The notes under the pieces were generated by a model. That model was not told the origin of the DNA, did not search any database, and saw only the letters and a list, made by a program, of their open reading frames with translations. From the IMG/VR virus record IMGVR_UViG_3300025450_001231: DNA of 64,000 nucleotides, one strand, 5' to 3'. Below are positions 1 through 10,334 of this stretch, piece after piece. Source of the stretch: a virus. Taxonomy: Duplodnaviria; Caudoviricetes. Position 1 is the first letter of the stretch; every line of letters begins with the position of its first letter. Both the position numbers and the translations under genes were made by a program.

Positions 1-516
1 GGATTAGAACTAGCAGATTTGCGTGGTGATCCTTATATAACTAAGCCTATTACCATTAAAGGTCCTAAAAAACGTATCGGGCTAAGATGGCAAGGTCAAA
101 GTAAATTTGAAGACGATCACAACAAAAAATTCCCTTACCAATTGATGTTTGATGCGGTAAAAAATGACGAATACGAGTTTATAAGCCTGCAAAGAGACGA
201 AGGTGCAGATGCTTGTCCGACGTGGGTTAAGCAAGTTCCGCTAAATACATGGGAAGATACTAGAGTCGCTGCCGCAAGCTGCGACCTAGTTATTAGTTCT
301 TGCACATCAGTCAGCCATTTGAGTGCGGCTATGGGCATAGAAACATGGGTTGTGATACCCGTAATGGGGTATTACTTATATGCGTTAGAAGGTGAAAAAA
401 ATCCATATTATGACTCAATGACGTTATTCCGTCAGGAAGTATTTGGGGATTGGACAGCACCGTTTAACAATATTAAACAAAGATTGAAACAGACTAAATT
501 AAGGAGAGTCGCATGA
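1..516 (+). CDS. C-terminal part of TPR/glycosyltransferase (GT9-like) protein, 5-prime truncated
   Basis: Frame open from base 1; DLVISSCTSVSHLSAAMG and PYYDSMTLFRQ motifs parallel the full-length paralog at 46982-48760. Confidence 0.75.
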   Translation, partial: GLELADLRGDPYITKPITIKGPKKRIGLRWQGQSKFEDDHNKKFPYQLMFDAVKNDEYEFISLQRDEGADACPTWVKQVPLNTWEDTRVAAASCDLVISSCTSVSHLSAAMGIETWVVIPVMGYYLYALEGEKNPYYDSMTLFRQEVFGDWTAPFNNIKQRLKQTKLRRVA

Positions 517-908
517 GCACACATTATGTAAGAGTAGTTGATGGTAACGTAACTGATGTATGGGATACACCCCCAGCAGAGGGTGTTGGTAACAACGGTT
601 GGAGAAACGCAGTAGAAGTCAGACCAGACATTATTCCAAATCGTCAAGGTTATACTGCACACACATTTGATTTGACAACAGATCCTGTACAAATCGTTTG
701 GGGAACATTTGATATTTCTGTCGATGATCGCAAATCATCAATGGTTACCCAAGCAAAATTTGCAGTTCAACAGGCAATTCGTGAAAGCGCATTGAATCCA
801 GAATCATTTGATCCATCTACAATTACTTCTGCACAAGCAACAATGACTGCTAGAATCGCAGCTATTAATGCTTGTAATACACACGACGAATTGGATGCAT
901 TGAATTGA
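513..908 (+). CDS. hypothetical protein (tail-fibre-associated-like)
   Basis: 131 aa ORF coupled by ATGA overlap; no clear motif. Confidence 0.6.
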   Translation: MSTHYVRVVDGNVTDVWDTPPAEGVGNNGWRNAVEVRPDIIPNRQGYTAHTFDLTTDPVQIVWGTFDISVDDRKSSMVTQAKFAVQQAIRESALNPESFDPSTITSAQATMTARIAAINACNTHDELDALN

Positions 909-1471
909 AGTTAAACCTGGGCTGTGGGTACAATAAGCTTGAAGGGTATGTTAACGTTGATAACGACCCTTCTTGCAATCCAGATAAAATTGTAGATCTA
1001 GAAAAAAAACTGCCCTGGAAAGACAATTCTGTGGACGAGATAATTATAAGCCATGTCTTAGAACATCTCGGTCAAGATACTAAAAGTTATTTTGCCATAT
1101 GGAAAGAATTCTATAGAATTCTTAAAGACGGTGCAGAAATTTATATTACTGTACCTCATCATAGGCACGATAATTTTGTTCACGACCCTACACACGTAAG
1201 GGCAATTACTCCGGTTGGTATTGATATGTTTAATCAACGTAAAAATACCGAAACTATTGAAAACCACGGGCAAGAAACTACCTTAGGTCTACAATTAGGA
1301 ATAGATATAGCAGTGATCGACATAAAGCATGATCCCACACCTTGGTTCGAAGCATACGCAAAAACTTTGCCCCCAGAAGCTGTTAATATAGAATTTAACA
1401 AATATAACAACACTTGCTACCAAGTACACATTAAAGCAAAAGCCTACAAACCTGCTCGGAGTTTGCGTTGA
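905..1471 (+). CDS. class I SAM-dependent methyltransferase (type 11-like)
   Basis: LNLGCG motif I, SHVLEH motif, TTG start overlapping the upstream stop. Confidence 0.8.
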   Translation: MKLNLGCGYNKLEGYVNVDNDPSCNPDKIVDLEKKLPWKDNSVDEIIISHVLEHLGQDTKSYFAIWKEFYRILKDGAEIYITVPHHRHDNFVHDPTHVRAITPVGIDMFNQRKNTETIENHGQETTLGLQLGIDIAVIDIKHDPTPWFEAYAKTLPPEAVNIEFNKYNNTCYQVHIKAKAYKPARSLR

Positions 1472-2085
1472 AGATATTGGTAATGGGTTTGCCAGGATCT
1501 GGTAAAACTACATTTAGTCAAGAACTAGTTAAACGACTAATGCTTACCCATTCAGTAAGTTGGTTCAATGCTGACACAGTAAGAGAACAATTTAACGATT
1601 GGGATTTTTCTCCTGAAGGTCGCGAACGCCAAATGCAACGTATGATTGACCTGAGCAACAACTCGGGTAGTGATTTTTCAGTTTGCGATTTTGTTTGCCC
1701 TACTGAAAAACTACGTGATGCATTTAATGCTGATATAGTTATTTGGATGGATACCATTGAAGAAGGTAGATTTGCAGATACCAATAAATTATTCGAAAAC
1801 CCAACTTCAGTAACATATCATATTACAGATTGGTCAGACTCTTGGGTAAAGTCCATAGCTAGTGATTTAACGCAAGCACCCAGTGACTCCAATGTTAGAA
1901 GTTTAGTAAAAGCAATATCTTGGCGTATCATTGGCACAGTGGAAACATTTTTAATAAGTTTATTAATGACTGGCAAATTGACTACTGCTGGTAGTATTGC
2001 TGGCATACAAGCAGTATTATCAACATTATTATATTGGTACCACGAAAGAGTTTGGAACAAACTTAAATGGGGCAAGACTCGATAG
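1468..2085 (+). CDS. adenylylsulfate-kinase-like P-loop kinase fused to DUF2061-like membrane domain
   Basis: GLPGSGKT Walker A, NADTVR, DFVCPT; C-terminal SLVKAISWRIIGT and YWYHERVW. Confidence 0.7.
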   Translation: MKILVMGLPGSGKTTFSQELVKRLMLTHSVSWFNADTVREQFNDWDFSPEGRERQMQRMIDLSNNSGSDFSVCDFVCPTEKLRDAFNADIVIWMDTIEEGRFADTNKLFENPTSVTYHITDWSDSWVKSIASDLTQAPSDSNVRSLVKAISWRIIGTVETFLISLLMTGKLTTAGSIAGIQAVLSTLLYWYHERVWNKLKWGKTR

Positions 2086-2106
2086 ATCTGATTTTGTAGA
2101 TACCTG

Positions 2107-2135
2107 TTGACGCACAGTTAAATATACTGTATAAT
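2107..2135 (+). promoter_or_regulatory. sigma70-type promoter
   Basis: TTGACG-17-TATAAT. Confidence 0.75.
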
Positions 2136-2143
2136 CAACAATT

Positions 2144-3199
2144 ATGAATCCTACATTACACATTCTATCCAATCCCTACGGAATAACACACACCAAATAT
2201 CGAATTGAACCTTTTAACGTAGCTGTACTTAAATTTATAGCTAATATGAAAGACAGGGGTTTCAATTTATTACACTACGGACACGAAAGCGCAGAAGTAG
2301 ACTGCGAAAATGTTGCAGTAATTACCAACGAAGATCATCCGCCTCCCGAAAAAGATCAAATATTTTCAGAAAAAGGTGACTTGGGAGCCAAGTTCACTGA
2401 ACGTGCAGATAAAGAAATCTCCCGCAGAAAACGTCCAGGTGATATGATTCTATGCTTTTATGGCATAGCACATAAAGAACTGGCACTACGACATCAGGAT
2501 CTTTTTATAGTTGAACCTAGCATCGGTTATTGGCCCGACACAGTATTTGCACCTTATCGTGCATTTACTAGTTATAGTCAAATGCATTACTACTATGGCC
2601 TGCATCAAAGATTACTAACTCCCAGTTGGTTTGATACAGTTATTGCTAATGCATTTACTCCTAGTGAATTTGAGTTCAATGATAAAAAAGATGATTATTT
2701 TGTATTCCTTGGGCGTGTTAATACCGACAAAGGAGTTGACCTTTGTATCCAGGTTACAGAACATTTAGGTAAAAAATTGATAGTAGCCGGACCGGGTAAC
2801 TTACAAAGTCTGGGCTATGCAACAACTCCCAGTCACGTGACTCACATTGGGCCAGTTAATATGGAAGAACGCAAACAACTGTTATCTAAAGCAGCTTGTT
2901 TAATGGCACCCACACACTATTTAGAGCCCTTTGGTAATATTGTAGTAGAAGCTGCAATGAGTGGTACTCCAGTACTGACTCCAGACTGGGGCGGATTCGT
3001 TGATAGTGTAGTACACGGGGTAACAGGATTTAGATGCGGAGACTTCAAAACATTTGTTGAATCCGCGGCAGTCGTAGATCAGTTAGATCCTGCTAATTGC
3101 AGAACCTGGGCAATGGATAACTTCAGTGATGATGTAATTCACGCAAAATTTGAAAACTGGTTCAAGAAAATATCAAGGCAAAATTTTTATTATGTATAA
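2144..3199 (+). CDS. glycosyltransferase family 4 (GT-B)
   Basis: FLGRVNTDKG and EPFGNIVVEAAMSGTPV motifs. Confidence 0.85.
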   Translation: MNPTLHILSNPYGITHTKYRIEPFNVAVLKFIANMKDRGFNLLHYGHESAEVDCENVAVITNEDHPPPEKDQIFSEKGDLGAKFTERADKEISRRKRPGDMILCFYGIAHKELALRHQDLFIVEPSIGYWPDTVFAPYRAFTSYSQMHYYYGLHQRLLTPSWFDTVIANAFTPSEFEFNDKKDDYFVFLGRVNTDKGVDLCIQVTEHLGKKLIVAGPGNLQSLGYATTPSHVTHIGPVNMEERKQLLSKAACLMAPTHYLEPFGNIVVEAAMSGTPVLTPDWGGFVDSVVHGVTGFRCGDFKTFVESAAVVDQLDPANCRTWAMDNFSDDVIHAKFENWFKKISRQNFYYV

Positions 3200-3602
3200 C
3201 ATTTATAGCAAAGTTGCACCCGAGTTGTTGTTGCACAGAATCAATAGATTTGACGAAATAACCGAGCGTACAGATATCAGTGAAAATGAACAGTTTTTGC
3301 AATTGGCTACATTGCGTATGCCCAAAGACAAAACATTCAGACCGCACAAACATATTTGGAAACAACCAGTAGTTGATTTGGTAATTGCACAAGAGTCTTG
3401 GGTAGTAATTCAAGGTAGTGTGGAGGTTAGTTTTTTTGATATTGACGACACACTGATTGAAAAACAAATTATCCGCCGCGGCGATTGTAGTTTGACTTAT
3501 CAAGGCGGGCATACTTATACTATCTTAGAAGATGATACAGTGGTTTATGAATATAAAACAGGACCTTATCAAGGCCAAGAGTTAGATAAAGTATTTCTAT
3601 GA
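3192..3602 (+). CDS. WbuC-like cupin (sugar isomerase)
   Basis: PHKH...QESWVVIQG...GGH...EYKTGPY cupin pattern; ATG at 3192 preferred. Confidence 0.7.
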   Translation: MYNIYSKVAPELLLHRINRFDEITERTDISENEQFLQLATLRMPKDKTFRPHKHIWKQPVVDLVIAQESWVVIQGSVEVSFFDIDDTLIEKQIIRRGDCSLTYQGGHTYTILEDDTVVYEYKTGPYQGQELDKVFL

Positions 3603-4171
3603 GCAATTTGTTTTTTGATACTGCAACATTAAAATCCTGTGGTACTAATGTTATCATTGGGAAGACTGTGCGTATCAGAAATCCTGAATTGGTAAGTATT
3701 GGCAACAATGTAATTATTGACGACTACACCTACATATCAGGAACAGTCAACATCGGCGACTATGTACACATAGCTGCTGGCTGTGTGTTAAGTGCAAGTG
3801 CTGGTATCATTACTATGCGAGCATTCAGCGGTTTAAGTGCTGGATGTAAGGTCTATGCTGGTAGTAGTAATTATGTTAAATGTGGGTTGGATTTACCTAC
3901 AATACCCAAACAGTATCAATACAATGTGATAATTGACAATGTAGTGCTAGATAGTTTTGTGTTAGTTGGGGCAAACAGTATAGTACTACCCGGCAGTAAC
4001 TTACCTCAAGGGCTTGCAGTAGCAGCCAATACTGTAGTTAACAAATCATTAAATTTAGAAAAATGGAATTTATTGGTTGATAGGTCTGGCAAACAAATTC
4101 CCCGCAGAGGAGTCAAAGAACTTGCTCAACGAGTAAATGAATTTTATAATATAGAGATCGATTATGAGTGA
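3599..4171 (+). CDS. hexapeptide-repeat (LbH) acetyltransferase
   Basis: SIGNNVIIDDYTYISG and IGDYVHIAAG repeats. Confidence 0.8.
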   Translation: MSNLFFDTATLKSCGTNVIIGKTVRIRNPELVSIGNNVIIDDYTYISGTVNIGDYVHIAAGCVLSASAGIITMRAFSGLSAGCKVYAGSSNYVKCGLDLPTIPKQYQYNVIIDNVVLDSFVLVGANSIVLPGSNLPQGLAVAANTVVNKSLNLEKWNLLVDRSGKQIPRRGVKELAQRVNEFYNIEIDYE

Positions 4172-4856
4172 AAAATATACCAGCTGGCCTTTGGGGCAAT
4201 TACCAAAACATCTACAACGCCCAGAATTAGATCAATTGAAAACTTTGGGATATGATTGGCAAGATCCAAGAGATGTAGTAGATATGTTTGAAAAGAAAGT
4301 TGCAGCATTTGCTGGTAGCCGTTATGCGGTGGCAGTAGATTGTTGCAGTCACGCAGTATTTTTAAGTTTGAAATACTGTAATGCTATGGGCACAGTTACT
4401 ATGCCTACTAGATCCTATGTGAGTATTGCACAACAGATTGTGCACGCTGGCTGTCGTGTGGCATTTGAAGATATTGCGTGGAGTGGAAGGTATCAACTTA
4501 AACCTTATCCTGTATGGGATGCCGCAGTACGATGGGCTCCCGGAATGTATACAGGTGGGCTACATTGCGTAAGTTTTCAACTTAAAAAGCGTGTACCAAT
4601 TGGCCGCGGCGGTATGGTACTAACAGATGATCTCGAAGCATACAAATGGCTTAAATTGGCCAGTTATGATGGCAGAGATTTAGCGGTTCCCCAGTGGGAA
4701 GATGATTATGCAGTAATGGGATGGCACTACTATATGACCCCTGAAGATGCTGCACGTGGAATTATACTAATGGATAGTGTGGATCCCAGTACATATGGTG
4801 ATTCAGCAACAGAACAAAACTATCCAGATTTAACAACTAAACGACTATTCAAATGA
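4164..4856 (+). CDS. short DegT/DnrJ-family PLP sugar aminotransferase
   Basis: FEKKVAAFAGSRYAVAVDCCS; SFQLKKRVPIGRGGM with the PLP lysine. Confidence 0.75.
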   Translation: MSEKYTSWPLGQLPKHLQRPELDQLKTLGYDWQDPRDVVDMFEKKVAAFAGSRYAVAVDCCSHAVFLSLKYCNAMGTVTMPTRSYVSIAQQIVHAGCRVAFEDIAWSGRYQLKPYPVWDAAVRWAPGMYTGGLHCVSFQLKKRVPIGRGGMVLTDDLEAYKWLKLASYDGRDLAVPQWEDDYAVMGWHYYMTPEDAARGIILMDSVDPSTYGDSATEQNYPDLTTKRLFK

Positions 4857-5821
4857 CAAAAAGAGCACTAATAACAGGTATAACAGGGCAAGACGGCAGT
4901 TATCTTAGCGAATATCTACTGAGTCTTGGCTACGAAGTCTACGGCGTTGTTCGTAGGCATAGTGTGGCAGAAAATCAAAGCAGTAGACTCAGCCATATAG
5001 ACACACGTATAACTCGTATCTATGGTGACTTGACTGATGAGTGGAGCATTACTAAAACTATTACTGATATCCAACCGGACGAGATTTACAATCTCGCAGC
5101 TATGAGTCACGTAAGAATCAGTTTTGAAATGCCAGCATTTACAATTAAAACCAATGGACTTGGTGTACTAACAATGCTAGAAGCTTATCGTCAATTTTGT
5201 CCCACTGCTAAGTTTTATCAAGCCAGCAGTAGTGAAATGTTTGGCAATAGCATCGACGAAGACCATACTCAAAGATTAACCACACCAATGGTACCAGTAA
5301 GTCCTTACGGTGTTAGTAAAGTAATGGGCTACAATCTTGTACGTCATTATAGAGATGCTTATAAACTACACGCCTGTAACGGCATATTGTTTAATCATGA
5401 AAGCCCACGTAGGGGAACTAACTTTGTTACTAATAAGATTGTTAAAACTGCAGTGGAAATTAAAAAAGGGCTAGCAGACAAATTGGAATTAGGTAACTTA
5501 GACAGTTGCAGAGATTGGGGGCATAGTTATGATTATGTACGTGCTATGCATTTGATCATAAACAATGATTTACCTAGAGACTGGGTAGTCGCCACTGGCG
5601 AAAGTCATAGTGTACGAGACTTATGCGAGTATGTGTTTTCTAAATTAGATATGGACTATAATCAATATGTAGTACAGAATCAAAAGTTTTTACGTCCCGA
5701 AGAGCTACGCTATCTCAAAGGCGATAGTAGCAAGATTAGAGCTGAGTTAGGTTGGAAACCTACCTATACTTTTGAATCTATGTTAGACGAAATGATTGCA
5801 CATTGGATGGAGCAGGTTTGA
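4853..5821 (+). CDS. gmd: GDP-mannose 4,6-dehydratase
   Basis: ALITGITGQDGSYL, FYQASSSEMFG, PYGVSK, NGILFNHESPRRG. Confidence 0.95.
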   Translation: MTKRALITGITGQDGSYLSEYLLSLGYEVYGVVRRHSVAENQSSRLSHIDTRITRIYGDLTDEWSITKTITDIQPDEIYNLAAMSHVRISFEMPAFTIKTNGLGVLTMLEAYRQFCPTAKFYQASSSEMFGNSIDEDHTQRLTTPMVPVSPYGVSKVMGYNLVRHYRDAYKLHACNGILFNHESPRRGTNFVTNKIVKTAVEIKKGLADKLELGNLDSCRDWGHSYDYVRAMHLIINNDLPRDWVVATGESHSVRDLCEYVFSKLDMDYNQYVVQNQKFLRPEELRYLKGDSSKIRAELGWKPTYTFESMLDEMIAHWMEQV

Positions 5822-6618
5822 TGCAGGCAGTTCAGTACGGGTATATGCCAGGTTACAGTGGTAACCCTGCTTTTCAATTTACAAAAGACTTTGATCGACG
5901 AGTTGCAGTAAGCTTTGATACGATAGAAACAGACTTAACCGCCGACTATCGAGTGTTGGTACAATGCGAACCTCCAGTGTTGTACAGAGATTTTGTAAAG
6001 ATGGTGTATGACAATGCCGATAAATTTGATCTCATACTTGCGTATAATCCTGAATTATTAAAATTACCTAACGCCAAATTATTTGTGCCTGCCGGTAGTT
6101 GGATACAAACTCCCGACATTGTAAAACACAATCAAATTACCTATATGATGAGCAGTAAAATATATACTCCTGACCATAGACTGCGTTTTATGATATTGCG
6201 GAGAATGGAAAAACGCACTATTGTAGGCGACTTTGAATTCAAAATGTATCGAAGTCCTCCTAGAATTCCTACCAAGGACCCTTACTTCCAAAATGCCAAG
6301 TTCAATATAGCTTGCGAAAACCAAGTTATGCACAATATGTTTAGTGAGAAAATATTGGATTGTTTTATAACTAAAACTGTTCCTATATACTATGGTTGTA
6401 TTAATATAGGCGAGTTTTTTAATCCTGCAGGAGTTGTGCCATTTTTTAACATAGAACAGTTAGAAAACATACTAAAAAATATTACTCCTGCACACTATGA
6501 CGCAATGGCAGATGCTATAGAAGAAAACTACCAACGAGCGTTGCCTTATTGGGAAAAAAGTATCTATCAACGATTAGAAGAATTTATTGCAGCTGAGATA
6601 GCACAACTAAGTAATTAA
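5821..6618 (+). CDS. glycosyltransferase family 10-like (fucosyltransferase-like)
   Basis: KFNIACEN...SEKILDCF...VPIYYG motif; follows gmd. Confidence 0.75.
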   Translation: MQAVQYGYMPGYSGNPAFQFTKDFDRRVAVSFDTIETDLTADYRVLVQCEPPVLYRDFVKMVYDNADKFDLILAYNPELLKLPNAKLFVPAGSWIQTPDIVKHNQITYMMSSKIYTPDHRLRFMILRRMEKRTIVGDFEFKMYRSPPRIPTKDPYFQNAKFNIACENQVMHNMFSEKILDCFITKTVPIYYGCINIGEFFNPAGVVPFFNIEQLENILKNITPAHYDAMADAIEENYQRALPYWEKSIYQRLEEFIAAEIAQLSN

Positions 6619-6632
6619 TACTCGATAATATT

Positions 6633-7187
6633 ATGATAACAAATGTAATTATAACTGATAACTTTTACAGTAATCCTGATGGGGTTAGAAATTTTGCACT
6701 GAGTCAACCATTTTCAGTGACTGGAAATTTTCCAGGAAAAAGAACAATCAGCCATCTTACTCCCGATGTAAAAGAAACTATTCAAAGCATAGTATGGAAC
6801 GCCGGCGGTGCAGTAACAGATTGGTTTGAGAACGACGGCTACACAGGTGCATTTCAATTGACTACGGCAGCAGATCGCAGCTGGGTTCATAGTGATCATT
6901 TTAACACTTGGGCAGGAGTTTGTTATCTTAACCCTGACGCTCCTTACACAGGCGGTACTGGTTTATTTAGGCATCGTGCAACTGGTGCAGTTCGTGCAGG
7001 CGAATTAACCACTGGATACGAAGCACAAGATATGACCAAATGGGATTTATATGATACACTGGGTAACATATATAATCGTTTGGTATTATACCGGGGAGAT
7101 CTTTTTCACAGCAGTTTAGACTACTTTGGATCTGACCTATACACAGGAAGACTTTTCCAAGTTTTCTTTTTCAGCACACAATATTGA
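6633..7187 (+). CDS. 2OG-Fe(II) oxygenase-like (DUF6445-like)
   Basis: DNFYSNPD, WVHSD, YNRLVLY...FH, RLFQVFF. Confidence 0.7.
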   Translation: MITNVIITDNFYSNPDGVRNFALSQPFSVTGNFPGKRTISHLTPDVKETIQSIVWNAGGAVTDWFENDGYTGAFQLTTAADRSWVHSDHFNTWAGVCYLNPDAPYTGGTGLFRHRATGAVRAGELTTGYEAQDMTKWDLYDTLGNIYNRLVLYRGDLFHSSLDYFGSDLYTGRLFQVFFFSTQY

Positions 7188-7196
7188 AAGACACTT

Positions 7197-7724
7197 ATGG
7201 TTAACCAAGTACCCAACTTTTTAGAACAACACATACTCGACGAAATTACACAAAAATTTGAAGACAGCAAAGGCAAAGCTGCATTTGAAATTAACAATAT
7301 GGGACGTTGGGGGCAGGGATTAGACCGCGGCAGTTTTGCTCCTGTGTTTATTATACCTCTTAGTGAGTACGAAGAATACTTTGTTAACAAATACAAGTCT
7401 GTTGATCCTGCATTTGCTGACTATAATCATGCCACAGTATTTTTACACATTTGGCCTCCTGGCAGTCAAATCAACTTCCACCACGATGACGTAAGTGAAG
7501 GTCAAGACAAACGGTTAACCAGTACAATTTATATTAATCCCAATTGGAATTGGAATTGGGGCGGATTATTTTTATACGATGATCCTGAGCAAGGACAACG
7601 TTGGATATTTCCTCATTACAATCTAATGACTTGGTTTGTACCACCGATTTATCACGGTACCAGTATGCTTACATTGGCTGCAGAATATCCAAGACTTAGC
7701 ATACAGTTATTCTTTACAAAATAA
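7197..7724 (+). CDS. 2OG-Fe(II) oxygenase (prolyl-4-hydroxylase-like)
   Basis: FHHDD, WNWNWGGLFLY, YHG, RLSIQ. Confidence 0.75.
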   Translation: MVNQVPNFLEQHILDEITQKFEDSKGKAAFEINNMGRWGQGLDRGSFAPVFIIPLSEYEEYFVNKYKSVDPAFADYNHATVFLHIWPPGSQINFHHDDVSEGQDKRLTSTIYINPNWNWNWGGLFLYDDPEQGQRWIFPHYNLMTWFVPPIYHGTSMLTLAAEYPRLSIQLFFTK

Positions 7725-7725
7725 T

Positions 7726-8310
7726 ATGAATCTAGATCATTGGTTTCCTAGTGTAATCGGTAGAGACTATCACCCCGAGTGGATTGAACCAATGAATCTG
7801 CAGATGGATAAATTATTTGAATCCCCTGATAGAAATATCAACACTGATTTTTACTACAACGGTGAAACAACCTACGGCACACAAAATTTAACTCACAACG
7901 AAGATTTCAAACCTTTTATGGATTTTATACAAGCCCAGGCCTGTGCATTTCTAGAACAAATGGGTTATGATAGTAGTCGTGTGCCTTGGAAGCCATTTTT
8001 ATTTGCCAACAGATTTTTAGAGGGTAGTGCACATCCTAAACATCTGCACAGTCAATGTACTATAAGCGGAATTTACTATCTTAAAACTCCGCCTGGCAGT
8101 GCCAACATAAGATTCTATCCTAATCAGCCATTTAAGGATTTCTTTGATTATATGTTTATGATTAAAGATCCTACAAATTGGTATAGTTTACCGCATACTG
8201 ATTATGTTCCTAGCCCAGGATTATTGTTGATGTGGCCCAGCTGGTTGTATCACGAAGTTCCTCCTAATCACAGTATAGAACCTAGAACCAGTCTAGTGTT
8301 TAATCTCTGA
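7726..8310 (+). CDS. 2OG-Fe(II) oxygenase, TIGR02466-like
   Basis: HPKHLH...ISGIYY...WPSWLYHEV...RTSLVFN; start moved to ATG 7726. Confidence 0.8.
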   Translation: MNLDHWFPSVIGRDYHPEWIEPMNLQMDKLFESPDRNINTDFYYNGETTYGTQNLTHNEDFKPFMDFIQAQACAFLEQMGYDSSRVPWKPFLFANRFLEGSAHPKHLHSQCTISGIYYLKTPPGSANIRFYPNQPFKDFFDYMFMIKDPTNWYSLPHTDYVPSPGLLLMWPSWLYHEVPPNHSIEPRTSLVFNL

Positions 8311-8734
8311 TCTTTTCTAAAACCTGTATTTTATCTTTATTGGCTTTGAACTTGAATGTTCTCCAAACTCCTGGATGCAACGGTCTAGGCATATGGTCCA
8401 ATGTAACCCAACAATATCCGTGATGTTCATGATTTAACGCAGGTAAAAATTCATCTTCTACTTTGATTAAAAAAGTATGATAGATAAATGTACCTTTGTT
8501 ACTGGTGTATTGTTCGATGGGTAGTATCTTGGCTCCTTTAATTTCCCCGCCAAGTTCTTCTCGTATTTCTCTTTGAAGTCCGTCAAGTATAGATTCTCCC
8601 GATTCTATTTTTCCGCCCACTATTCCCCACGTGTCAGGGAATCTCCCACCATTTCTTAATAGGAATAGATATCTGTTGGTGCTTGTTGAATATATAAGTG
8701 CACCACAACTTTGTTTTAGATTATTAGTTGCCAT
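8300..8734 (-). CDS. NUDIX hydrolase
   Basis: GGKIESGESILDGLQREIREELG Nudix box. Confidence 0.9.
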   Translation of the reverse strand: MATNNLKQSCGALIYSTSTNRYLFLLRNGGRFPDTWGIVGGKIESGESILDGLQREIREELGGEIKGAKILPIEQYTSNKGTFIYHTFLIKVEDEFLPALNHEHHGYCWVTLDHMPRPLHPGVWRTFKFKANKDKIQVLEKIRD

Positions 8735-10326
8735 TGTCCTGCTGGGTAATACCCTTCATAACTCTTGGTCCATTGTGCACCGTCCCATTTATACTGTACA
8801 CTGGTAGTTAAGTTAGTAACATAGTTTACTGCAGAAGTGGCTCTACTGTCAAATGCTACTTGCCAGTGTTGCCCATTAAATTGTATAATATCGTTAGCAA
8901 CTGCATATAATGGTGTATTATCTCTGCCCATCCAATTGTATTGTGGTTGTGCACCTGGAGTAGTTATATAATCGTTGACCAACAAATAGCGTGTGCCGTC
9001 GGCTAGGTCTTGAAGATCTTTATTTGGTCTGCTGTTCTGCGGATCGATTATAGCATTGACAGGAACTAATGTATTTGCTGGTATAGTATCTATATCCGGA
9101 GTCCACATTAGTACAGTATCGTCAACAGGATTATATGCTACAGTACCGATTACTTCGTTACGATCCGGAAGTGTAAATCTAATTTGGCTACCACCATTGA
9201 CCAAGTTACCGTAGATATTGACAACAGTTCTCCAAGGTAAGTTCGTTCCAATTTTATGTGTAACAGCATTAAATGTAATCAAGTCACCGTCAAATCCTGT
9301 AACAATATTACTGGTTGTAACAGTTGTACCGTTGATGCTCACCACTACACTATTATTGCTTACAGTTGCAACAGGTGTTGCACCGTCGGTTACAGCTAGT
9401 GTACCGACTATCATTCCAGGTTCTATACCGTCTGTGTTATCAACTACAACAGTTGTGCCATTTCTGACAGACGAAGTCAATTGTTTAATAACTTGTTGTG
9501 CAGTAGGATCGATTACCGGATCGTGTTCTTGCACTAATTTTACAGTATTGTCTATTAATATTACTCCGTACTGTAATGGTGTAATATATTGTCGACTCAT
9601 CAAATTGGCATCACTATAAATGGCTTCGTCTATGTTGCCGTCTGAGTCAAAAATACTGGCAATAATTTTTTGAACAACTCCCAATTTCTTAACCAGCGCA
9701 GGTGCACTTAGGAATATTGGTAATTCAAAAGTTAGTGTAGCAACGTCAATGGGATTTTCAGTACCAATTGGCACAGTTCTTGAACTCCAGGTAGTATCAG
9801 TCAGTGTTATGTAAGTAATACTGGTCCAATCAACATAGTTGTCTGTGCTTTGAATTTCCATAGACGGATTAAACAAGGTTGAAATTTGCTCAATCAGTTG
9901 TAATTTTTGTTCAGTATTACTGGTCCAAATATCTACCTTGAGAGTTAATCGATAAGGCACAGGCATTAGTCTTTCGACAGTTAATAAATCGCCTTGGGTA
10001 GTACTAAAATCCCCAGTGCTAGGATCAAAGAATCTTTCACGTAAATTTAGTTTACCTACATACGTTGGATTCTGCACTCTTTCCCTGTCGTATTTTAGTT
10101 CACTAATATAAACAGCCATAGCAGGAACACTATTCAAATAGTTTTCACTGTTTTGTTTTAGAATAGCCATACCTTGACGACTGCTATCGCCATAAATCAC
10201 AGGGACTCTTTGAAGTGCAATACTGTTGTTTCGGTCAAATCCGAATTCAACTTGAAAGTTACTGAGTATACGAATAAACTGAGTAAGGTATCTTCGGATT
10301 TGCCCTGAATAGAAAAATTGTTGCAT
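8716..10326 (-). CDS. tail terminator / sheath stabiliser (T4 gp15-like) with C-terminal extension
   Basis: FFYSGQIRRYLTQF, VPVIYGD, MPVPY...DIWTSNTEQKLQLIEQI...FNP pattern; structural gene neighbourhood. Confidence 0.7.
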   Translation of the reverse strand: MQQFFYSGQIRRYLTQFIRILSNFQVEFGFDRNNSIALQRVPVIYGDSSRQGMAILKQNSENYLNSVPAMAVYISELKYDRERVQNPTYVGKLNLRERFFDPSTGDFSTTQGDLLTVERLMPVPYRLTLKVDIWTSNTEQKLQLIEQISTLFNPSMEIQSTDNYVDWTSITYITLTDTTWSSRTVPIGTENPIDVATLTFELPIFLSAPALVKKLGVVQKIIASIFDSDGNIDEAIYSDANLMSRQYITPLQYGVILIDNTVKLVQEHDPVIDPTAQQVIKQLTSSVRNGTTVVVDNTDGIEPGMIVGTLAVTDGATPVATVSNNSVVVSINGTTVTTSNIVTGFDGDLITFNAVTHKIGTNLPWRTVVNIYGNLVNGGSQIRFTLPDRNEVIGTVAYNPVDDTVLMWTPDIDTIPANTLVPVNAIIDPQNSRPNKDLQDLADGTRYLLVNDYITTPGAQPQYNWMGRDNTPLYAVANDIIQFNGQHWQVAFDSRATSAVNYVTNLTTSVQYKWDGAQWTKSYEGYYPAGQWQLII

Positions 10327-10334
10327 AGTGTTGT

